This document shows, piece after piece, positions 29,136 to 39,377 of a stretch of DNA of 52,379 bases. The stretch comes from FCB group bacterium (GTDB lineage Bacteria; Fidelibacterota; Marinisomatia; SCGC-AAA003-L08; JACNLC01). The notes under the pieces were generated by a model, which did no database searches, was not told the DNA's origin, and saw only the letters and a program-made list of their open reading frames with translations. The stretch covers positions 1 to 52,379 of the forward strand of contig JAADGM010000077.1 in NCBI GenBank assembly GCA_013152375.1. The letters are read 5' to 3'. Made by a program: the position numbers and the translations under genes. Every line of letters begins with the position of its first letter. Within the stretch, counting starts at the first letter, position 1.

Positions 29136-30304
29136 ATTTCTGGAAGTTTATCTGGAAGTTCACAACCCGGAAAGGAATCTCATCCCGCACAAGCTGGTCT
29201 GTGTTCCTGCCGGTGGGCGGTGTGTTCCTCGGGACCCTGGTGGTGACCCTCACTTTTGCCATCATGGACGGCATGGAGAGTGATATCTACGGAAAGCTAA
29301 GAGATTTCTCCTCGGCTGCTGTCATCGACCTTGGAAACTCCACAACCGGTGAACAGGCCGAATTAGCGAATTTTCTCACAGAAAATCAAATTACTTTTTA
29401 CCGGGCAATTGACCGTAACGGAGTCCTGGTGAAAGATGACCTGTTCCGACTGGTTCAAATCAGAGCCGTGGATGATTTCCCCAATTATGTGATGTCCCAT
29501 TTGAAAATTGCTGCTGTTGATACAATGGCAGACGTGATAATTCTCGGCAGTGGTCTTGCAGACCGGTTAGGGGCCTCCCGGGCCTCCGGTTTGGATCTGG
29601 TGTCACCTCTCGATATCAGCCTAACTACTGGAATCCCGCCGAGAAAAAAATTATATATCGCTGATATTTTTGAATCCGGTTTAGTGGATTTTGATCTTAA
29701 TTCCGCTGTGATTCCCTTACAGACAGGCCGAGCGGTTTTCCATCACAGCAGCAGTGAAAAATTTCTGCTGGATACTGAGTTCACACAAGATGTGGCAGAA
29801 CAGTTCCACTCGGATTTCGGCACATTTCAGTATTCTACCTGGGAGGATGAATACAGCGAATTATTATCAGCGATGCGTCTTGAGAAAATTGCTTATTCGA
29901 TCTTTGGATTTATGATTGTTTTCATTTCAGGTTTTAATCTCCTCAGTGTCATGAGTATGTCGGTCATGCGCAAGATTGCCCGCATTGGAATTTTGAAGAC
30001 TCTGGGATTTACCCGGCAAAGGATCGCATGGATCTTTTTTACCCAAGCCCTCATCACCGGATTGTGCGGTGCCCTGCTGGGAACATTATCTGCGTGGGCT
30101 GCCGTCCAGGCGGAACGACATTTTCATCTGCTTAAATCTTTTATGTCAACCTTTCCGCTGGCAGAATTTCCCCTGATCCTTCAGCCGGGAAAGATCCTGC
30201 TGGTGATCGGCATTTCGCTGATACTCACGATCGTTGCAGGGATTTACCCGGCTCGTAAAGCCGCAAGCCTTCACCCGGTAAAAGCCATTGATTATGTTCG
30301 TTGA
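29132..30304 (+). CDS. Second LolC/E-family ABC permease
   Basis: ATGA overlap with the previous gene; MRLEK, IGILKTLG, YPARKAA motifs. Confidence 0.88.
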   Translation: MNFWKFIWKFTTRKGISSRTSWSVFLPVGGVFLGTLVVTLTFAIMDGMESDIYGKLRDFSSAAVIDLGNSTTGEQAELANFLTENQITFYRAIDRNGVLVKDDLFRLVQIRAVDDFPNYVMSHLKIAAVDTMADVIILGSGLADRLGASRASGLDLVSPLDISLTTGIPPRKKLYIADIFESGLVDFDLNSAVIPLQTGRAVFHHSSSEKFLLDTEFTQDVAEQFHSDFGTFQYSTWEDEYSELLSAMRLEKIAYSIFGFMIVFISGFNLLSVMSMSVMRKIARIGILKTLGFTRQRIAWIFFTQALITGLCGALLGTLSAWAAVQAERHFHLLKSFMSTFPLAEFPLILQPGKILLVIGISLILTIVAGIYPARKAASLHPVKAIDYVR

Positions 30305-30382
30305 CTCACGGATTGATTGCCGGGAAAGAGACAGAATGAAACAAATCCGTTTCCACGATCGTATTAACCGGACAAATCCATC

Positions 30383-31042
30383 ATGATCCTCAAAGCAACA
30401 GATATCCGTAAAACCTACAGGACCCGGGCTGAGAAAATTCAGGTCTTAAACGGGGTTAATCTGGAAATTTCCCCCGGTGAAATTGTAGTTGTCATGGGGC
30501 CCAGCGGCGCCGGAAAATCGACCCTGCTCCATATCCTGGGACTGATCGACAATTGTGACAGCGGCTCCATTGAATTCGAAGGCCATGTCGTGAATATGAC
30601 CCAGGACCTGTCCTCCATTCGTGCCCGAAAACTGGGATTTGTATTTCAATATCATCATCTGCTGCCTGAATTTACCGTGCTTGAAAATCTCCTCATTCCG
30701 CAGACACTCATTGGCACAAAACCCGCAGACGCAAAGTCACGCGGTTTGGACCTGCTGAACTTCATGGGGCTCGAAAACAGGGCGGAACATTACCCTTCAC
30801 AAATATCCGGTGGTGAAAAACAGAGGGTTGCTTTACTGCGGGCGCTCGTTAACTCTCCCCGGCTCGTGCTGGCGGACGAACCCACCGGTAATCTGGATCT
30901 TGGTAACAGCGTTCTCCTGCTGAAGCTGATCACGAATTTGCGGGATGAGTTCAATCAGTCGTTTTTAATTGCCACCCATGACAGGACAGTGGCGGATGTT
31001 GCCGATAGGGTTTTATCGCTTGATTGTGGTAAATTAAGTTAA
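30383..31042 (+). CDS. lolD: Lipoprotein-releasing ABC transporter ATPase
   Basis: GPSGAGKST, GFVFQYHHLLPEF, ISGGEKQR, LADEPTGNLD; follows two LolC/E permeases. Confidence 0.9.
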   Translation: MILKATDIRKTYRTRAEKIQVLNGVNLEISPGEIVVVMGPSGAGKSTLLHILGLIDNCDSGSIEFEGHVVNMTQDLSSIRARKLGFVFQYHHLLPEFTVLENLLIPQTLIGTKPADAKSRGLDLLNFMGLENRAEHYPSQISGGEKQRVALLRALVNSPRLVLADEPTGNLDLGNSVLLLKLITNLRDEFNQSFLIATHDRTVADVADRVLSLDCGKLS

Positions 31043-31060
31043 GGATAAGCGAAGGAATTG

Positions 31061-33511
31061 ATGAAAAGTAACTATTCAAAGAAAATTCAGATCATCCTGA
31101 AATTCGCCAAAGACGAAGCCATTCGTTACGGCCAGAGTTTCATTGGTTCAGAACACCTGCTGTTAGGGATCATCAAAAGCGGCCCGGGTAAAGCATCAGA
31201 TTTGCTGACTTCGGTTGGCGTAAATCTGACGGACCTGCGCAGGATGATAGATGCCAAAGCCAAACCAATGGGCGACACCATCACACTGGGTCATTTGCCC
31301 TTAACACGCAGGGCTGAAAGAATTTTACGAAATACGGTCACGGAAGCCGAAATGATGGGAAATGATCTCGTTGATGATATCCACCTGCTGTTGGCAATCG
31401 CCAGGGAAACGGATGGAATCATTGCCGAGATTCTGGAATCTTTTTCACTGGATTACGAATTGCTGTTAAGTTATGTGAAAAGTTCATCCCAGCCCTCGGG
31501 TCAGTCTGCAAAAAAACAAAAATCTGCCACGCCCACGCTGGATATGTTCAGCAGAGATATCTCTAAATTAGCCTCAACAGGAAAACTGGATCCCGTCATC
31601 GGCAGGACGGCAGAAATAGAAAGAGTAGCCCAAATCCTTTCCCGGCGTAAGAAAAATAATCCAGTGTTGATCGGGGAACCGGGTGTGGGCAAAACGGCCA
31701 TAGTGGAGGGGTTGGCGCTGAGAATTCTGAACAAGTCCGTTCCCCGAATCCTCTGGTCACAGAAAGTGAAGGCGCTGGATCTTGCCGGCCTTATTGCCGG
31801 TACAAAATATCGCGGACAGTTTGAAGAGAGAATGCAATCTTTGATGAAAGAACTGGAATCCGCAAAAGACGTTATCATTTTTATTGATGAATTGCATACG
31901 TTGGTAGGTGCGGGCAGCGCCTCAGGCTCTCTGGATGCTGCCAATCTGCTCAAACCCGCTCTCGCCAGAGGAGAAGTTCAGGTCATTGGCGCCACTACGC
32001 TGGACGAGTACCGGCGGCATGTTGAAAAAGACGGCGCTCTTGAAAGAAGATTTCAAAAAATAATTGTAAATCCCCCCTCGATCGAGGCCTCCATAAAAAT
32101 TCTCACCGGCCTTAAAGCCAAATATGAAGCTCATCATCAGATCCTGTATTCCGATGATGCTATCACTGCCTGTGTGGAACTCAGTGACCGTTACATCAGT
32201 GATAAATTTCTGCCGGATAAAGCCATCGATGTAATGGACGAAGTTGGCTCGAGAGTACACATCAACAATATCTTCGTGCCCGATTTTATTGTAAAAATCG
32301 AAAAGCAACTTCAGAAAATCCGTGGTGAAAAGGATCAGGTCATCAGCCACCAGCAATTTGAGAAAGCAGCTGAATTAAGAGATAGGGAACGAAAGCTCCT
32401 GGAAAAACAAAAAGAACTGCAAACCCGCTGGAATGAAGAACGCGGGGACAACCAGCCTGTCGTTTCCCCCGAAGATGTGGCCGGTGTGGTCTCGATGATC
32501 ACGGGCATTCCCCTGAATAAACTGGAAGAGAGCGAAAACGAACGGCTGCTGAGCATGGACCACGAACTTAAAAAGTGGATTATCGGACAGGGTGAGGCCA
32601 TCAGCCGGTTGACAAAGTCCATCCGCAGGGCCAGAACCGGATTTAATAATCCCAAGCGTCCCATCGGGTCCTTTCTGTTTCTCGGCCCCACGGGCGTCGG
32701 GAAGACTGAGCTGGCCAAAGTTCTCGCCCGTTATTTGTTCGACAATGAGGATTCCCTCGTTCGAATCGATATGTCAGAATACATGGAACGCTATAATGTG
32801 TCTCGTTTGGTGGGTGCCCCACCCGGGTACGTAGGATATGAAGAGGGAGGACAATTAACGGAGCGTGTTCGACGTCATCCTTATTCCGTCGTATTATTTG
32901 ACGAAATTGAAAAGGCGCACCGTGATGTGTACAATATACTGCTGCAGGTTCTGGATGAGGGTCAGCTTACCGATAGTTACGGCAGAAAAATTGATTTCAG
33001 AAATACGATTATCATCCTGACGACCAATCTGGGGACGAAGAGTTTCAGTCCGACATCTTTTGGTTTTGAGAACGACCAGGAAAATTCCGAACGCAAGAAA
33101 TTGAACGAAGACATTATGGCCGAAGTCAAACTTAAGTTCAAACCCGAATTTTTAAACCGCCTGGATGACATCATCCTTTTCAGCCAGCTTAGCAAAGAAG
33201 ATCTTTTCGGGATCGTGGATTTGCAGCTTGCGGATATTCGGGCAAATCTGAAATCCCGCAATATCAAATTTCGGATTGCCAAAAGTGCCCGGGAGTTGCT
33301 CATTGCCGAAGGGAATCATAAAGAATGGGGTGCACGACCTCTGCGCAGGGTCATCCAGAACCGGATCGAAAATGCAATCTCTGAAAAATTCCTGGGTGGT
33401 GAGTTTATAGACTCCGGAACCATCACCGTCAAAGCCGTGCGGGGCGAAATCATCATTACACAGACAACCCGGCCGGAACAGAAACCCGCGGAGAATCTCC
33501 TCAACCCCTGA
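31061..33511 (+). CDS. clpC: ATP-dependent Clp protease ATP-binding subunit ClpC
   Basis: Clp N repeats, two AAA modules (GEPGVGKT, GPTGVGKT), GTKYRG and GYVG pore loops, UVR middle domain (FEKAAELRD), FGF ClpP-docking loop. Confidence 0.95.
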   Translation: MKSNYSKKIQIILKFAKDEAIRYGQSFIGSEHLLLGIIKSGPGKASDLLTSVGVNLTDLRRMIDAKAKPMGDTITLGHLPLTRRAERILRNTVTEAEMMGNDLVDDIHLLLAIARETDGIIAEILESFSLDYELLLSYVKSSSQPSGQSAKKQKSATPTLDMFSRDISKLASTGKLDPVIGRTAEIERVAQILSRRKKNNPVLIGEPGVGKTAIVEGLALRILNKSVPRILWSQKVKALDLAGLIAGTKYRGQFEERMQSLMKELESAKDVIIFIDELHTLVGAGSASGSLDAANLLKPALARGEVQVIGATTLDEYRRHVEKDGALERRFQKIIVNPPSIEASIKILTGLKAKYEAHHQILYSDDAITACVELSDRYISDKFLPDKAIDVMDEVGSRVHINNIFVPDFIVKIEKQLQKIRGEKDQVISHQQFEKAAELRDRERKLLEKQKELQTRWNEERGDNQPVVSPEDVAGVVSMITGIPLNKLEESENERLLSMDHELKKWIIGQGEAISRLTKSIRRARTGFNNPKRPIGSFLFLGPTGVGKTELAKVLARYLFDNEDSLVRIDMSEYMERYNVSRLVGAPPGYVGYEEGGQLTERVRRHPYSVVLFDEIEKAHRDVYNILLQVLDEGQLTDSYGRKIDFRNTIIILTTNLGTKSFSPTSFGFENDQENSERKKLNEDIMAEVKLKFKPEFLNRLDDIILFSQLSKEDLFGIVDLQLADIRANLKSRNIKFRIAKSARELLIAEGNHKEWGARPLRRVIQNRIENAISEKFLGGEFIDSGTITVKAVRGEIIITQTTRPEQKPAENLLNP

Positions 33512-33639
33512 TACCGCTCTGTCAATTTCGAGCATATTTTTATTCTCACTGACAAAAAGGCTTAATCCTTTCTCCGGCATTATTATTGATGACCGTCACG
33601 TCAACTGAATAAAAAAATTTGTTAATAATTGGAGAAGAA

Positions 33640-35547
33640 ATGGGCAAAATCATTGGCATAGATCTTGGGACAACGAATTCCTGTGTTTCTGTAATGGAGG
33701 GCGGAAGCCCCACCGTTATCACAAACAGTGAAGGTGGACGGACAACACCATCTGTAGTTGCTTTCACAAAAGACGGTGACAGATTGGTGGGACAACCTGC
33801 CAAAAGACAGGCGGTAACCAATCCGGAAAACACCGTATTTTCAACCAAGCGGTTTGTGGGGCGTCTTTTTAAAGAAGTCGGCACCGAAATAAACGAAATG
33901 CCTTACCAGATCATCGAAGGGAAAAACGGTGGCGTCAAAATTAAGGTCGCCGGCAAAACCTATGATCCACCGGAGATCAGTGCCATGGTACTGCAGAAAT
34001 TAAAGCAGACCGCTGAGGAATATCTGGGTGAAAAAGTCACCGACGCAGTTATCACGGTTCCGGCCTATTTTAACGACAGTCAGAGACAAGCCACTAAAGA
34101 TGCCGGTAAAATTGCCGGGCTGAACGTGCGCAGGATCATCAACGAACCAACGGCAGCTGCTCTGGCTTACGGACTGGAGAAGCAGAAGGATGAAAAAATT
34201 GCGGTATTCGACCTCGGTGGCGGTACATTTGATATCTCGATTCTCGAACTGGGCGAGGGCGTGTTCGAGGTCAAATCCACTAATGGCGATACGCACCTTG
34301 GGGGTGACGATTTTGACCAGGCTCTTGTAACCTGGCTCGCTGATGAATTTAAAAAATCCGACGGGATTGATCTTCGGTCAGATCCCATGGCGCTACAGCG
34401 ACTGCGTGAAGCGGCAGAAAAAGCCAAATGCGAATTATCCTCGAATAAGCAGACCGATGTAAACCTGCCTTTCATTACCGCGGACGCCAGCGGTCCGAAG
34501 CATCTGAACATTGCACTGACCCGTGCAAAATTTGAAGGCTTGATCGCATCACTGCTGGACCGGACAAAAAAGCCCTGTCTGAAAGCGCTGAAGGATGCGG
34601 GACTGAAACCCGACGATATCAATGAAGTCATACTGGTCGGAGGTTCCACAAGAATTCCAAAAGTTCAGGAAATCGTAAAAGAGATATTTAATAAAACTCC
34701 CAATAAAGGAGTTAACCCTGATGAGGTTGTATCCATCGGTGCAGCCATTCAGGGTGGTGTTCTCGCCGGAGAAGTTGATGATATTTTACTGTTAGATGTG
34801 ACACCACTGTCACTTGGCATAGAGACGCTTGGGGGGGTTTTCACACGATTGATCGATGCGAACACGACCATCCCGACCAAGAAAAGCCAGGTTTTTTCCA
34901 CAGCTGCAGACAATCAACCCTCTGTCGAGGTACATGTGCTTCAGGGTGAAAGACAAATGGCCATAGATAATAAATCCCTGGGACGTTTCCATCTTGACGG
35001 TATTCCTCCGGCACCCCGGGGGGTTCCGCAAATCGAAGTGACGTTTGATATCGATGCCAATGGGATTCTGAATGTTTCCGCCAAAGACAAGGCTACCGGA
35101 AAAGAGCAGAACATTCGTATCGAAGCCTCCAGCGGTCTTACCGAGGCAGAAATCGAAAAGATGAAACGGGATGCTGAAGAACATTCGAAGGAAGACTCAG
35201 CAAAACGGGACGCCGTCGAAACCCATAACCAGGCGGATCAGCTGATCTATCAAACTGAAAAACAGATCTCCGATCTGGGAGATAAACTGTCTGGTGATGA
35301 TAAAAAGACACTGGAAGCAGCCATCGAAAAAATCAGAGAAGCTAACAAAGGAACTGATACCGATGCCATCAGGGCTGCCATGGAGGAATTGAACAAGGCC
35401 TGGAGCAAGATTTCCGAATCGCTTTATCAGCAGGCCCAGCAGCAGGGAGGTGATACCAAAACGGAAACAGACAAGTCTGCAAAATCAGAAACCAGTGGCG
35501 ACAGCAACGTGGAAGATGCTGATTTCGAGGTAGTGGACGAAAAATAA
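33640..35547 (+). CDS. dnaK: Molecular chaperone DnaK (Hsp70)
   Basis: [35 protein letters not shown] tail; ATG 33640 after GGAGA RBS. Confidence 0.99.
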   Translation: MGKIIGIDLGTTNSCVSVMEGGSPTVITNSEGGRTTPSVVAFTKDGDRLVGQPAKRQAVTNPENTVFSTKRFVGRLFKEVGTEINEMPYQIIEGKNGGVKIKVAGKTYDPPEISAMVLQKLKQTAEEYLGEKVTDAVITVPAYFNDSQRQATKDAGKIAGLNVRRIINEPTAAALAYGLEKQKDEKIAVFDLGGGTFDISILELGEGVFEVKSTNGDTHLGGDDFDQALVTWLADEFKKSDGIDLRSDPMALQRLREAAEKAKCELSSNKQTDVNLPFITADASGPKHLNIALTRAKFEGLIASLLDRTKKPCLKALKDAGLKPDDINEVILVGGSTRIPKVQEIVKEIFNKTPNKGVNPDEVVSIGAAIQGGVLAGEVDDILLLDVTPLSLGIETLGGVFTRLIDANTTIPTKKSQVFSTAADNQPSVEVHVLQGERQMAIDNKSLGRFHLDGIPPAPRGVPQIEVTFDIDANGILNVSAKDKATGKEQNIRIEASSGLTEAEIEKMKRDAEEHSKEDSAKRDAVETHNQADQLIYQTEKQISDLGDKLSGDDKKTLEAAIEKIREANKGTDTDAIRAAMEELNKAWSKISESLYQQAQQQGGDTKTETDKSAKSETSGDSNVEDADFEVVDEK

Positions 35548-35575
35548 CCGGTTTTGATTTTCACGCATTTTGCTT

Positions 35576-35609
35576 AGAACGGACAGTTATTGCTGTCCGT
35601 TCTTTTTTT
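35576..35609 (+). terminator. Intrinsic terminator after dnaK
   Basis: AGAACGGACAG-TTATTG-CTGTCCGTTCT followed by a T tract. Confidence 0.9.
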
Positions 35610-35644
35610 CAGAATCTAAACCGCTGTAATTTCGTACAACTGTA

Positions 35645-38600
35645 ATGTCACAAAAACGGATAAGAAAATGGTTTGCCGGGATATCACTCTCAATAATTGC
35701 TGTTATTGCAGGAACCATTCTCTTATTTTTACTGAAACCTTCCCTGTTCATCAGAGACCTCGAAAAAAAGGCCACTGCTCTGTTTCCCCGGTCCTCAAAG
35801 CTCACTATAACAATCGAATCCTTCAGCGGGAATTTCCTTAAGGGTTTCCATTTCAACGAGATCGAATTACACAAAGAATCGGAACTTATTGGATATGCAG
35901 GGGAAAGTACCGCCAATATAAGCCTTAGAGATCTGCTGTTCGGGAGGATCTACTTCAACAAACTGACTCTAACGGACTGCGGTATTAATCTTGACTCGCT
36001 GGTAATCATAAAATTCAACTCGCTCAAGAAAAATTCTTCAAATGAGCGATTTCCCTTTGCGGTCAACCGGCTGGAAATTGATCGGGCCACCCTCCGCTAC
36101 CGCGGGACGGATCTGCAGTTGAACCTTACAGGGAGTCTCACGACAGCCTATGGTCCCACCCTTACAATTGAAACGGCCGATCTTCAAACAGAGGGACTTG
36201 ATGACCCGGTTTTTCTGGATGGGTCGATTCTCACCCTGCGCGGGAAAAATCTGGAGATCAACCCGTTTAATGTGTACACCCGTTATCGTGGGAAGTCCCT
36301 CATTGCCCGGACCATGGTCAGATTTATCAATAATGACTCCGGACGGGTGGAAGTGCGATTCGGCGGGGACACAAAATACGGGGAATTCAAAATCAAAAAT
36401 ATGAATGGCCAGGGGCATATAGCAGAAAATGTTCTCACGATTGATACCAGCTATTGTGAATATGAAACCGGCAGTCTGAGGTCCTCCGGCCGGTTTGACC
36501 TGAAAACCAGAAACTGGGATATCTCCAGCAGGATTGACAGTGTAACCATCGCCGGAGATTCCCTCTACACAAATTTCGGTGGAGATGTTACACTGATCGG
36601 CAGGGATCTGCTGAAGTCTCTGCAAGCCACAGTAAATCTACAGAAAGTTACGGTAAACGAATTCGGTTTCAGCACTATCCGCGGTACCCTGGCCTGGAGT
36701 GACGGTAAACTGGTAAATGTCGATACACTAGCTTTTTCCGGTACGGACTATTCCGGAATTATTTCCGATCTCGAGGTGACCTCGCAGCGGGATATGGTGA
36801 TTACCGGGAAATTAGAGGTCGCCGGCCTCACGCTGAGTACCCTGACGGAGAAATTACCCGAGGTCACCACTACCGGCGAAGGAGAGTTCCACTTTGAAAG
36901 TTCCGGTTTAAAGAAAAAATTCCGGGCGTTACTCCGGGCAGAGTCCATGAGTTACGGCAAGTTGACCACCGGCAAAGTGATTTGTGATATTGATTATAAT
37001 TCACCGGAGAAGAAAATCTCCGACACCAACATCAGCGGTGTCATAGGGGATCTGTCACTGGTGAAAAAGAGATTTGATAAAGTGCTGTTTATCGTCTCTG
37101 CCAAAAACGGACGCATTGATGTAGAAAATATCAAGGCTCATAATTCAGAAGGGGATGTCCTCACTTTCTCCGGCAGTATCTATGATTCGCTGCGCGTCGT
37201 GGAGGTAGATTCTCTTTACGGCGTTTTGAACACCCTGGATTTTCGAGCTGATAAGTTCACCCTTCAAAAAAATGGTGATGTTTACACCCTGGGGAATACC
37301 ATTCTGAATATCGGAGAGGGTACTATAGGGCTGTCAGGCGAATTTAAAAATTTGCTGAATTATCAGTTTCTAACTGATGTAAATGATCTGGATATTCAAT
37401 TAATGAACGATTTCTTCCGGTTCAACCAACTTTTTCAGGGAACCGCAAACGGCAGTTTTCAAATCAGCCGCTCGGGAGGTCCTCCCAGAGTTTTTTCCGA
37501 TGTCTCCATCTCAAGCGGGAAACTCGACAATCTTGACTTTAACAAACTGGCAGGGCAGTTTTCATTTCTGAATAACCGACTCCTCATCAGTGACCTGTCA
37601 CTCGATTCCCACGAAGGGCAATTGTCAATAGCCGGAATTATTAACTTCTCTTTCGAACCGGGGCGCAGCCTGGTGTCAGCCGTCGATTCCCTGGGCGTCA
37701 TTTGTAAACTGGATAATTTTGAACTGGACACATTTCACCGTTATTTCCGCTGGGGTTTGGACACTAGAGGAATGATCAGCGGAGACCTGTCTATCAGCGG
37801 CAGACCTGACAGCCCCAAAATGCTGGGAAATTTCACTATCGATCAGCCCGTTTTTGACCGGATCAAAGGTAAATCGGTCACCGGGACTTTTGTTTACGAG
37901 AATCAAAAAGCCTATTTCAAATCAGTAAAAGCGATCCTCGAGAATGGCGCCTATACAGTGACGGGTTATATCCCTGCCAATTTTGATTTTGTAACGGCGG
38001 ATCGAAAAAGCGCTAAAAATATGCCCATGGACCTGATGATCACGGGTACCGCCACAGCGATTGATTTTTTACAGCCATATATCGAATCAGTGGATTCTCT
38101 CACCGGGAACTTTGCCATGCAGATGTCCATCTCCGGTACTTTTCTGGACCCCGTGCGAAACGGTCAGGTCGTGCTTGAAAATGGCCGGATAAGTGTATTG
38201 AACCTGGACAATACATTCAGCAGCCTTAACGGTTATGCCACCATCGATGACAACAAGCTAACGATTAAATACCTGAATGGAAAGTCCAGGGGGACTGTTG
38301 ACGACAGTAATCTATGGGATTCGATGAAAGGATTTATTCTGAGAATTTTCAGGACAGATGAAAAACCTGAAGATTCACCTAATTTGCAAGTTTCCGGCGG
38401 TATGGACCTGTCCCAGTTTTTCAGGCCGGATTACAATCTGGAATTGACGGGTGAGGACCTCTTCTTAAAAAGTTCGGAAAACAAATTCATTGGTATAGGG
38501 GATGCCAAAATTTACGTTACCGGACGGGATACGGTCATGGTCACGGGTCAGTTTATACCCAAGCCGAATGAATTTCTCATCACGGATGATTTTCATTCGG

Positions 38601-39376
38601 AAGCTTCCCTGAAAATAAACCGTCATAAAACAGGGCCCGTTTTCGGTTACGATATCCATGTACCGCTGGATAATGTTGTACGTATGGAAAACAGTTTCCT
38701 TCAGGGATTTGAACTGGATGGGGATTTGACCATTACCGCCATGGGAGACAGCGATTTCCGGTTTTCCGGAACGGTGAATATCATCAACGGCACCTTCATT
38801 CTGAACGGTACCGAATATACCAATACTACGGGCTCAATATTTCTGGACCCGTCCAACACTATCCCAACGGTCGATATTGAGGCTTTAACGTCCGTGAACG
38901 GCAATCAGTACCGGATTTTTTTCCGGGGGCCCTTGAATGATCCCAATTATGAGATCCGGGATGAGGATACGGGAAGCTTTATTACTTCTGACGAACAGGA
39001 TGCTATCCTGCGCCTGCTTATCACCGGCGGATCGGGCAATAACGGCAATATCGGAGAAACCGGAAAAACGCTCTTCTCAAATTATATTGAAAATGAATTT
39101 GAACAGTTTATCGCTCAGCACAGTCCCATCGACCGCTTTCAGGTTGAAAGTGAGTCAGCCCTGCTCACGGATTTCAATAAAGCAGATGTGAATATTTCCA
39201 TCGCAAAAAATATTACACAAAAATTATACATGAATATTCGCAGTGATGTATTTTCGGATCAGATCACCAACGAATACGAAGTGGGATACCGTATTAACCG
39301 TAACATGTCGCTGGTGGGCCGACTGGACCAGAATGGCCTGCCGCACATGAATTACAGGATCAAGATCGACTACTGA
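35645..39376 (+). CDS. tamB: TamB/AsmA-like translocation and assembly module protein
   Basis: N-terminal TM anchor, long beta-taco-like repeats (G-l-i-G---P-l-G), DUF490-like C-terminus; 1 nt upstream of an Omp85 gene. Confidence 0.82.
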   Translation: MSQKRIRKWFAGISLSIIAVIAGTILLFLLKPSLFIRDLEKKATALFPRSSKLTITIESFSGNFLKGFHFNEIELHKESELIGYAGESTANISLRDLLFGRIYFNKLTLTDCGINLDSLVIIKFNSLKKNSSNERFPFAVNRLEIDRATLRYRGTDLQLNLTGSLTTAYGPTLTIETADLQTEGLDDPVFLDGSILTLRGKNLEINPFNVYTRYRGKSLIARTMVRFINNDSGRVEVRFGGDTKYGEFKIKNMNGQGHIAENVLTIDTSYCEYETGSLRSSGRFDLKTRNWDISSRIDSVTIAGDSLYTNFGGDVTLIGRDLLKSLQATVNLQKVTVNEFGFSTIRGTLAWSDGKLVNVDTLAFSGTDYSGIISDLEVTSQRDMVITGKLEVAGLTLSTLTEKLPEVTTTGEGEFHFESSGLKKKFRALLRAESMSYGKLTTGKVICDIDYNSPEKKISDTNISGVIGDLSLVKKRFDKVLFIVSAKNGRIDVENIKAHNSEGDVLTFSGSIYDSLRVVEVDSLYGVLNTLDFRADKFTLQKNGDVYTLGNTILNIGEGTIGLSGEFKNLLNYQFLTDVNDLDIQLMNDFFRFNQLFQGTANGSFQISRSGGPPRVFSDVSISSGKLDNLDFNKLAGQFSFLNNRLLISDLSLDSHEGQLSIAGIINFSFEPGRSLVSAVDSLGVICKLDNFELDTFHRYFRWGLDTRGMISGDLSISGRPDSPKMLGNFTIDQPVFDRIKGKSVTGTFVYENQKAYFKSVKAILENGAYTVTGYIPANFDFVTADRKSAKNMPMDLMITGTATAIDFLQPYIESVDSLTGNFAMQMSISGTFLDPVRNGQVVLENGRISVLNLDNTFSSLNGYATIDDNKLTIKYLNGKSRGTVDDSNLWDSMKGFILRIFRTDEKPEDSPNLQVSGGMDLSQFFRPDYNLELTGEDLFLKSSENKFIGIGDAKIYVTGRDTVMVTGQFIPKPNEFLITDDFHSEASLKINRHKTGPVFGYDIHVPLDNVVRMENSFLQGFELDGDLTITAMGDSDFRFSGTVNIINGTFILNGTEYTNTTGSIFLDPSNTIPTVDIEALTSVNGNQYRIFFRGPLNDPNYEIRDEDTGSFITSDEQDAILRLLITGGSGNNGNIGETGKTLFSNYIENEFEQFIAQHSPIDRFQVESESALLTDFNKADVNISIAKNITQKLYMNIRSDVFSDQITNEYEVGYRINRNMSLVGRLDQNGLPHMNYRIKIDY

Positions 39377-39377
39377 T

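Noticed and set aside
33512-33639. CIRCE operator upstream of dnaK
   Set aside because: No TTAGCACTC-N9-GAGTGCTAA match.
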